Assembly (NCBI GenBank): GCA_030606485.1
Contig: JAUWGH010000004.1
Span: 150,001 to 182,000, forward strand
Direction of reading: 5' to 3'
Length of the DNA stretch: 32,000 nt
Origin: Promethearchaeota archaeon
Lineage (GTDB): Archaea > Asgardarchaeota > Lokiarchaeia > Sigyniarchaeales > SOKP01
Under the pieces are notes generated by a model. The model did not search any database, was not told where the DNA came from, and worked only from the letters and a program-made list of their open reading frames with translations. This document shows positions 25,455 to 32,000 of the stretch, in pieces. Position 1 is the stretch's first letter, and every line of letters starts with the position of its first letter. The translations under genes were made by a program, and so were the position numbers.

Positions 25455-26939
25455 ATGTCTCAAAGTACAAGTAAATTCTTAAGGTTCTTCTCCCCATTTA
25501 TCCGAGCAATGCCGGAAATAAAAACTCCAGATAGAGAAGTCTCTTTTAAAGAAAAAATAATATGGACAGTAGTTGCTTTAATTATTTATATAGTTATGAG
25601 TAATATCCCTTTATTTGGGGTTGATATTCAAGAAACTGAAGACTATTTCTATTGGTTGCGAGTTATTTTAGCCTCTCAGAGGGGAACATTAACGGAGCTG
25701 GGGATAGGTCCGATTGTTACTGCAGGTCTTATTATGCAGTTATTAATGGGTTCAGGTATTATAAAGATAAATATGGCAGATCCTTATGATCGAAGCATGT
25801 TTACTGGAGCCCAAAAAATTTTAGCAATATTTCTTACGGTATTTAATACTATTGCATATTTAATTGGAGGTGCTTTTGGAAATGTTGCAGAAATTGGCCC
25901 TGCAGCAATTATATTTATCTTTCTCCAACTATTTTTCTCGGGAATAATCATAATTTTACTAGATGAAATGTTACAGAAAGGTTGGGGTATTGGCTCAGGT
26001 GTTTCTCTCTTTATTGCAACTGGAATTGCAGGACAAGTATTTTGGAACTGTTTTAGTTTTGTTCCTATGACTGGAGAACATTTTGATGGGATGCCTCGTG
26101 GTATAGTTATAGCGTTTTTTCAAGCAATTTTTAATCCTGCTGATTCTGTTCCAATTGGGGATTTATGGTTTCGTCCTTCCAATTTGCCTGGACTTATGAG
26201 TATCATAACAACAATTGGAATATTTGTTGTCATTGTATATTTTGAAAGTGTTACTATTGACATTCCTCTGGCTTATAGTGGTTATCGAGGTTTCAAAGGA
26301 AAATATCCAATCAAATTATTATACGTATCAAATATTCCAGTTATTTTAGTATCAGCTCTATATGCAAACATAATGTTTTTAGGTCAAATGATTGCAGGAC
26401 CAAATTCAGCTCTCCGTGGTGGGGATTTGGATTTCTTTTTAAATTTTATTGGCCAGTACGGAGATCCAGGACAGAGTCCGGGAGGAAGTTATTTAAACCC
26501 AGTAGGGGGACTAATTTATTTAATGACACCTCCACAGGGATTTCAATCAGTTATTGATGATCCTTTACGAGCCGTCATTTATTTAGTGATATTCATAGTA
26601 TTGTGTATAGGATTCGGGAGAATTTGGGTTGAGGTTTCTGGATTGGCTCCACGGGATATTTCGAGACAAATTATCGATAGTGGAATGGAGATTCCAGGTT
26701 TTAGAAGATCCGAGAAGATTATTGAGCAAATATTATCAAGATATATACCTACATTGACGATATTATGCGGAATAATAGTTGGATTACTTAGTTTCACCTC
26801 GGATGCGTTGGGAGCACTTTCTTCAGGAACAGGGTTATTAATTGCCATTGGAATTATTCATCAGTATGCCGAGTCAATTTCAAAGGAAGCTGCTGCGGAA
26901 CAATACCCGGCTCTTCGTGGTTTCCTAGGATTAGATTAA
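25455..26939 (+). CDS. secY: Preprotein translocase SecY / Sec61-alpha
   Basis: GTLTELGIGPIVTAGLIMQLL, LDEMLQKGWGIGSGVSLFI and YPIKLLYVSNIPVIL. Confidence 0.98.
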   Translation: MSQSTSKFLRFFSPFIRAMPEIKTPDREVSFKEKIIWTVVALIIYIVMSNIPLFGVDIQETEDYFYWLRVILASQRGTLTELGIGPIVTAGLIMQLLMGSGIIKINMADPYDRSMFTGAQKILAIFLTVFNTIAYLIGGAFGNVAEIGPAAIIFIFLQLFFSGIIIILLDEMLQKGWGIGSGVSLFIATGIAGQVFWNCFSFVPMTGEHFDGMPRGIVIAFFQAIFNPADSVPIGDLWFRPSNLPGLMSIITTIGIFVVIVYFESVTIDIPLAYSGYRGFKGKYPIKLLYVSNIPVILVSALYANIMFLGQMIAGPNSALRGGDLDFFLNFIGQYGDPGQSPGGSYLNPVGGLIYLMTPPQGFQSVIDDPLRAVIYLVIFIVLCIGFGRIWVEVSGLAPRDISRQIIDSGMEIPGFRRSEKIIEQILSRYIPTLTILCGIIVGLLSFTSDALGALSSGTGLLIAIGIIHQYAESISKEAAAEQYPALRGFLGLD

Positions 26940-27085
26940 ACAATATATAGGTGATTAGAAATGAGTCTTCTTTTCTTCTTAATTCTCTAAAAGTTTATTT
27001 TTTAGCATGACCTAAAAGTAATTATACCCAAAATTTTTTAACTTTTTAGGATTAGATTAATAATAAAAAGGAGGTTAGAAATTTG
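26904..27085 (+). repeat. Diverged tandem duplication (121-bp period) of the secY 3' end + SD + start junction
   Basis: TAGGATTAGATTAA is exact at 26926 and 27047. The copies encode YPALRGFLGLD* and YPKFFNFLGLD* in register, and each is followed by an SD motif and TTAGAAAT. Confidence 0.85.
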
Positions 27086-27763
27086 ATAATATTAATTTTT
27101 CAGGAAACAACCAACTTTCTTGATTTAATTAGTTATCCTTTAGGATCAACTATTTTTGTTATGTTATTATCGCTAACGATTGCGCTTTTTTCTTCATTTT
27201 TAACAAAGAAGTTAGTTGATACTGAAGAAATAGAGAGAAAACAGAAGCTCATTAAAAAACATAAAGATGAAAAGAAAAGGATAATAAAACTCGCAGAAAC
27301 AAACCCAAAACAATATAGAAAGAAGAAAATTAAATGGCAAAGAAAGGATCAATTTATAAAAAACATCGAACGAGGAATGTCTATGCAACGAATGAAACCA
27401 ATGTGTTTCACTTTTTTACCGATGATGATAATGTATGGATTAATGAATCTTTTTTTTGAAAGAAACCCCATTGCTTGTACACCCATGAATGCAAACGATG
27501 TCATGTTAATTGGTGAATATATTTGGGCTGCAACAAATATCGATGAACTCCCGCCTGCATGGACTGCATTAGTTTGGGGGGAAGCACGTCATATTGGTAA
27601 ATTCGAAGGATGGATTGGTTTTACTGCGTGGTATTTCTTGAACTCCTTATGTTTTAATACTATAATCAATCGATTATTAGGAATACAATCACAAACTACT
27701 GGTGGTATGGAAGGAATGTTTAAGGGAATGGGAGCAGAAGCACAAGAATTTCCTGATATTTGA
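27083..27763 (+). CDS. EMC3/TMCO1 (DUF106, Oxa1 superfamily) membrane protein
   Basis: TM1, a Lys-rich coiled coil, MQRMKPMCFTFLPM, then WYFL.S..F. GGAGG 8 nt before TTG; downstream of secY. Confidence 0.9.
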   Translation: MIILIFQETTNFLDLISYPLGSTIFVMLLSLTIALFSSFLTKKLVDTEEIERKQKLIKKHKDEKKRIIKLAETNPKQYRKKKIKWQRKDQFIKNIERGMSMQRMKPMCFTFLPMMIMYGLMNLFFERNPIACTPMNANDVMLIGEYIWAATNIDELPPAWTALVWGEARHIGKFEGWIGFTAWYFLNSLCFNTIINRLLGIQSQTTGGMEGMFKGMGAEAQEFPDI

Positions 27764-27791
27764 TATTTCTTTTAAGAGATTTAAAAATTAG

Positions 27792-27908
27792 CGCAGATGG
27801 AGGGATTTGAACCCCCGAGCGCTTTCACGCACTGGCTTTATAGGTAAAATAATCTTTTACTATTTAATTGCTCCAAGCCAGCGTCTTACCAGTCTAGGCT
27901 ACATCTGC
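27792..27908 (-). tRNA. tRNA-Ser(GGA) with a 33-nt intron at 37/38
   Basis: Acceptor GCAGATG/CATCTGC; anticodon stem CTGGC/GCCAG; long variable arm GCGT-GAAA-GCGC; T-arm GGGGG-TTCAAAT-CCCTC. Confidence 0.93.
27838..27870 (-). other. tRNA intron at canonical position 37/38 (relaxed BHB/BHL)
   Basis: AT-rich insert with an internal hairpin GTAAAA-GATTA-TTTTAC. Removing it restores the 7-nt loop TTGGAGA. Confidence 0.82.
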
Positions 27909-28010
27909 TTATTGTATATTTTTAATGTTCTTTTTAATAATTATTAGATTTTAGATATTAAAAAATGAAAATTAAATTTTAGTCAAAAAACGAGTGTGTT
28001 GAAATGGAAG

Positions 28011-28283
28011 TCATAATGAGATTTTTATTATTTCTTTCATTTTTTTTTCTATTTTTGCATTTTTAATTGCTTTTTCAATATCTTCGTGTTTTGCTCCTTT
28101 AGAAATTTTTACTTTGTCTTTTAATGGCTCTAAGTGTTTAAAATTAACTCTTCTTCTTTTAACTACAAGTCCATCAACAAGAGCGAAATTTTTATCAATA
28201 ATTTCGATGATTACACATTTTTTTCCAGCTTCTCTTCCCGTTGTCTTTACGCAGACTCTTCCTATTTCGTATATTGTGCTCAT
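28011..28283 (-). CDS. rpl14e: 50S ribosomal protein L14e
   Basis: EIGRVCVKTTGREAGKKCVII..ID.NFALVDG..VKRRRVN..HLEP. Confidence 0.97.
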   Translation of the reverse strand: MSTIYEIGRVCVKTTGREAGKKCVIIEIIDKNFALVDGLVVKRRRVNFKHLEPLKDKVKISKGAKHEDIEKAIKNAKIEKKMKEIIKISL

Positions 28284-28378
28284 TTTTAGGATTCACAACT
28301 TTTTAAATTTAATATTATCAATAATTTTTAAAATAATAATTTTTTTATTTTAGGAAGAATTAAATAATATTTTAAAAT

Positions 28379-28912
28379 TTAAGCCTTTTTGATTTCAGCA
28401 ACAATATTATCCACAATTTCTTCAATTGATAATTTTTCTGTATCAATTATGATATTATATAATTCTCTGATGACTTTTTCATCTTGTAAATCGATATTAT
28501 ATAATTTTTTAAATCTTCTTGCTTCACTCCATTCTCTACGTAATGTCTCATCTATTTTCTCTTTATAATTAGTTTCATCTCGGTTACTCATCCTTTTTAT
28601 ACGAGTTTCAAGAGGACAACGAAGTAATATTTTAAAATTGGCTTTATCCTTAAGAATGTAAGCACTTAATTGGCTATCAATAATGATATTCCCCATACTT
28701 GCGATATTATTTATTTTTTTATCCAGCATAATATCTATTTCGGGGTTTTTTTCAGCAAATTCAGTAAATTCTTTAAGAGACATATTTTGTTCTTTTGCAA
28801 GTTCCCTGAAAGCATCACCTGTAGAATAATAACGTAAATTAAAGGTTTCAGCGATTTTTTTACCTATTGTTGATTTCCCTGTTCCATGAAGTCCAGAGAT
28901 AGTAATTATCAA
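28379..28912 (-). CDS. cmk: Cytidylate kinase, archaeal type
   Basis: ITISGLHGTGKST...STGDAFRELA; lies between rpl34e and rpl14e as in the conserved archaeal order. TTG start. Confidence 0.95.
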   Translation of the reverse strand: MIITISGLHGTGKSTIGKKIAETFNLRYYSTGDAFRELAKEQNMSLKEFTEFAEKNPEIDIMLDKKINNIASMGNIIIDSQLSAYILKDKANFKILLRCPLETRIKRMSNRDETNYKEKIDETLRREWSEARRFKKLYNIDLQDEKVIRELYNIIIDTEKLSIEEIVDNIVAEIKKA

Positions 28913-28948
28913 AAAATCACTTAATGAATTATTGTTCCAATAAAATAA

Positions 28949-29224
28949 TTAAGATCCCTCAGCCCAAATTGATTCCTGAATCAATTTTTGAAGGCAAGAA
29001 GCACAAAATTTTCCACTATAGGGCCTTGTTGCCTTACGAGCAGTCTTAGGAATTTTTTTCATTTTCGAAGGTCTAACTCGCGGAATACCTTGCAGAGGGC
29101 GTTTACAGAGCATACAATGAGCTTTTTTTGGTTTTCTCCGTGAATAATGGATAACATTCTTATTTCCTGGTGTTGTTCTTTTATGGCGTGCTAAAGAATG
29201 ACTTCGATATGCTGGTTTTACCAT
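28949..29224 (-). CDS. rpl34e: 50S ribosomal protein L34e
   Basis: RTTPG...IHY.RRKP..AHC.LC..PL.GIPR...RPYSG.FC..CL. Confidence 0.96.
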   Translation of the reverse strand: MVKPAYRSHSLARHKRTTPGNKNVIHYSRRKPKKAHCMLCKRPLQGIPRVRPSKMKKIPKTARKATRPYSGKFCASCLQKLIQESIWAEGS

Positions 29225-29358
29225 ATTTAAGCATTACAAATTTTTTTAATATCTATCCGAATTATTATTTTAACTAAATATTCTTAATTTAATTAATTTT
29301 ATCCTTTTCCAAATATTTAATTTAAAGCATTTATATAATTGATTAAACAATACAGAAA

Positions 29359-30006
29359 TCAGAGATTTAATTTGTTTTTGAACTCTTTAAAAATTAAATA
29401 GAGTTTTTCTGCTAAATCATCTTGTTCTTGAGGAGTTAGTATAATATCATTCGAGATATTTTTAATTTTTATATAAAATGAATCAATTTTTTCCTTTATT
29501 GAATCAAGCCCAGGAAATTTTTCTAAAGAGATTAATAAATCCAGAAATAATTTTTTTAGTAGTTTACCAGTTGCAATATCTCTTAATTTTAATGCATCCA
29601 TTAAAGTAATAAAACTACTAGTAATTTCTGTAGAGATTCCCGGTAACTCAAGGACTGCTTGTTGAAGTTTAGGTTTTAGATTTTTATCTATAGTAGCTAT
29701 TGTCTTGTAATTTATATCTACTTGGTTTGGATTAAATTTCAAGTTGGCAACATTGTTAATAATATCAATTGCCATATGATAATCTTCAGAAAACCCCATT
29801 TTTTCTAAAAATATATTTAAATTTAACCCCTTATCTTGTAATTCGAAGTTAAATTGAATTAATTCTTGGATTGTGGACTTTATTGATTTTAAGTAGAAAT
29901 TTTCTTGAATTTCTCCCTTTGTATATTTTTTATGTATATTTATAATAGTTTTGACTAAAGCAAATAATTCTGATTCAATTTCAAGGATTGATTTATGGTC
30001 TTTCAT
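29359..30006 (-). CDS. vps28: Vps28-like protein (ESCRT-I subunit homologue)
   Basis: N-terminal ELFALVKTI....K.Y..G.I....Y and C-terminal ITSSFITLMDALKL...DL..SL.K....LT..EQ.DL...L...F match the Vps28 N-terminal and four-helix C-terminal domain patterns. Confidence 0.82.
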   Translation of the reverse strand: MKDHKSILEIESELFALVKTIINIHKKYTKGEIQENFYLKSIKSTIQELIQFNFELQDKGLNLNIFLEKMGFSEDYHMAIDIINNVANLKFNPNQVDINYKTIATIDKNLKPKLQQAVLELPGISTEITSSFITLMDALKLRDIATGKLLKKLFLDLLISLEKFPGLDSIKEKIDSFYIKIKNISNDIILTPQEQDDLAEKLYLIFKEFKNKLNL

Positions 30007-30027
30007 ATGAATCTATTTTTATGTTTA

Positions 30028-30975
30028 TTATAACGTCCCTAAAATCGTAGGTTTTAGTAAAAAGAATATGATTGCAGTGATTATTCCTATAGAAACAGAG
30101 GATAAATATACTCGGAAAGTAGATGAATTGGCGAGTTCTCTTATTGCAATTGTCATATTCATTGGGATCCAAACAATTAGCACAATAGCATCAATAATAT
30201 CTAACGCCATCCAGGTTGGAGACTGAAAAATTGTATCAAACATAGTGCTGTAAAAAGAAAAGTTAAAGGGGAGGGATATTTGTTGAGTAGGTAATGCAAT
30301 TAGGATAATTAATACTTTTATTAATCCTGTAATTATAAGAGGTGTAAAAGCACAGAATAACATATTGTATTTATTAGCTTCTTGTTTTTGCAGTAGAGTC
30401 CCTGATTTATATATACTAAATACAGATGCTTCTTCTGCCAATTTAGCCCTTTCTTTTTCATCTCTATCTTTTTTTTTCCCAAAACGGTCTTCTAATCTTT
30501 CAGTAAAACCTATAGAGTAATTTGCTCCTTTTATAAAAAAGTAGGACAAAACTACAAGAAGTAGAATGTAATAAACAAAGCCAAAGGCAAAAAATGCTAA
30601 ATAAACAGTTAAAAAATAACCAAATAAGATGGTTACATCATAAGGATTAACAGGAGTTCCATTAATATCAATAATTTGAAAATGAGAAAATAAAGCTAAC
30701 CCAAAAAGTCCATAAATTAATGAATTAAAAAGTATGATAAAAAAACCAGGGGCGGAATCTCGTTTATGATTAATATCCCAGAATGCTTTCGCAGGATTGG
30801 TGATTAAGAGATATAATCTAGCTAAAAAACTCTCTGGATTGCTCCATTCTGCCTCATATCTCTTAAAAAATAAAAATTTTTCAATACGTTCTATACGCAA
30901 TCTCTTACCACAGAAAGTACAGACATAAGAATCCCTTGGTGGAGCATTTCCACATCTCGGGCAGCGCATTGACAC
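30028..30975 (-). CDS. Zinc-ribbon + Yip1-domain membrane protein
   Basis: CPRCG...CTFCG ribbon, LITNPAKAFWDI Yip1 entry motif, about 5 TM segments. GTG/ATG start. Confidence 0.75.
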   Translation of the reverse strand: MSMRCPRCGNAPPRDSYVCTFCGKRLRIERIEKFLFFKRYEAEWSNPESFLARLYLLITNPAKAFWDINHKRDSAPGFFIILFNSLIYGLFGLALFSHFQIIDINGTPVNPYDVTILFGYFLTVYLAFFAFGFVYYILLLVVLSYFFIKGANYSIGFTERLEDRFGKKKDRDEKERAKLAEEASVFSIYKSGTLLQKQEANKYNMLFCAFTPLIITGLIKVLIILIALPTQQISLPFNFSFYSTMFDTIFQSPTWMALDIIDAIVLIVWIPMNMTIAIRELANSSTFRVYLSSVSIGIITAIIFFLLKPTILGTL

Positions 30976-31184
30976 AGATATTCTACTTTTTTTTTAATTT
31001 TTTGTTATATTATAGATATTGTGTTCTATATTTTTATTTTTATTTCATTATTTTTTACCCAGATAATTTTAACTACAAAATAAATTTTTATTGTGAATAA
31101 CCAATAAATGTGAAGATCTTGTGATATTTCAAGAAAAAAATAAAAAAAAAAGAATAGTAACTTAAATAAAAATTAAGTGTTCTT

Positions 31185-31418
31185 TTACCTAGTAGCGTTT
31201 CGAATATCTAAAGCAGTAATACGCTTCCTTTTATCGGCTTTAGTTAATTTTATAGATTCTTTGGTAATATCAGCTGCCGCTTTTTCTAAATATCCAATTA
31301 ATTTATTAAGAGCTTCTGCTGCTACTAATTTAGCACCTTGTGATTTCATTAAGCGTCTAATAGGTGCTTTCGCGATATATACTGCACCTTTTTTCTTTGC
31401 AGGTTCTTTTTTTGCCAT
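31185..31418 (-). CDS. Archaeal histone-fold protein with a 12-aa Lys-rich N-terminal tail (77 aa)
   Basis: AKAPIRRLMK..GA.LV..EA...L...LE...RKRIT..DI. GGAGG lies 8 nt upstream of the ATG at 31418, so the TTG start at 31433 is rejected. Confidence 0.93.
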   Translation of the reverse strand: MAKKEPAKKKGAVYIAKAPIRRLMKSQGAKLVAAEALNKLIGYLEKAAADITKESIKLTKADKRKRITALDIRNATR

Positions 31419-31688
31419 AATATTTTCCTCCAATTTTTTTTTATCAAAATACTATTTTTTAAAAAAATTTTTTTCTAAATAAACCTATACCTTTCTAATA
31501 TATAAATTTCACGATTCAAATAGCAATAATCTTTAATTCTATTATATTTTTTTGATTGGTTGCAAATAATTTTAATGTATAAATTCCGACAAAATAAAAA
31601 ATCAAATTTAAAAAAAAAGCATTAAATATAAAAATTGGTTTAAAATTCACATAAAGAAGAATTAATTTTCTTTATTTCATATTTGTTT

Positions 31689-32000
31689 TTATTTCAGTTT
31701 TACTAGAATTCCATTACTCTCTTTTAAAATTTTATATTCCTTCAAATTAAATTTTTTAAGTAATTCTAAATTTGTCTTCAAATGACTTGTTATTTCAGAA
31801 ACTCTTATTCGAGATTCTCCATTAGCTATTGACATAATTGGGATTAATTGATCAGCTAGATAATTATCCACAGGTATATTATTTTTAATATGGGAAATAA
31901 TTGCATTTGCAGCATGTTTTCCTACCTTTTCGGACGAAATACCTCTTTCTCCCAAGATTGTTCCTGAACTAATACAAGCATTTGTATCTGACTCAGACCA
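31689..32000 (-). CDS. rtcA: RNA 3'-terminal phosphate cyclase, C-terminal part (5' end outside the window)
   Basis: LGERGISSEKVGKHAA...VDNYLADQLI..MSIA.G.S.I.V..IT.HL.TN. The frame is open to the window edge. Confidence 0.9.
   Translation of the reverse strand, partial: WSESDTNACISSGTILGERGISSEKVGKHAANAIISHIKNNIPVDNYLADQLIPIMSIANGESRIRVSEITSHLKTNLELLKKFNLKEYKILKESNGILVKLK

Noticed and set aside
31419-31433. Longer histone tail (MEENI-) from TTG 31433
   Set aside because: This stretch contains the GGAGG SD for ATG 31418.
8834-31482. Remaining short ORFs overlapping Fe-ADH, MFS, HtpX, TrmB-like, NMO, Fae-Hps, ugd, secY, rpl14e and histone genes
   Set aside because: All lie antisense or out of frame within confidently assigned genes and show no recognisable motifs.
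1-32000. CRISPR array, IS element, rRNA, selenoprotein/SECIS
   Set aside because: No regularly spaced repeats, terminal inverted repeats with transposase, rRNA-like segments or in-frame TGA read-through candidates were seen by eye.
31689-32000. Functional link between rtcA and the intron-rich tRNAs
   Set aside because: EndA already yields 2',3'-cyclic phosphates, and proximity at this distance is not evidence of a link.

Overview
AT-rich archaeal chromosomal window, most likely from an Asgard archaeon (Lokiarchaeia/Promethearchaeota-like). The assignment is inferred from archaeal core genes occurring with eukaryotic-signature proteins: Vps28-like, two gelsolin-domain proteins, roadblock/LC7, V4R/Bet3-like and a tailed histone. 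There are five tRNA genes. Four carry introns, and three of these are 29-30 nt introns at non-canonical D-arm or T-arm sites with bulge-helix-bulge (BHB) folds. The left end has three tandem paralogous head-rod-tail coiled-coil genes whose rods differ by whole heptads; one appears to start at ATT. The middle holds metabolic and accessory genes: two SCP2 proteins, Fe-ADH, cupin, GPH-type MFS, HtpX-like protease, NMO/FabK-like enzyme, Nudix, Fae-Hps, UDP-sugar dehydrogenase, a HEPN-like ORF and an 848-aa TrmB-like protein with a ~600-aa helical insert. The right end holds rearranged core genes (rps6e, rpl24e, rpo10, secY, EMC3/TMCO1-like, rpl14e, cmk, rpl34e) plus Yip1-Vps28, a histone and a partial rtcA. 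At least three intergenic regions are diverged tandem duplications of a whole gene junction, with one copy keeping each gene's terminus. No CRISPR array, IS element, integrase or rRNA was seen. All family assignments come from motif recognition by eye; no database searches were run.
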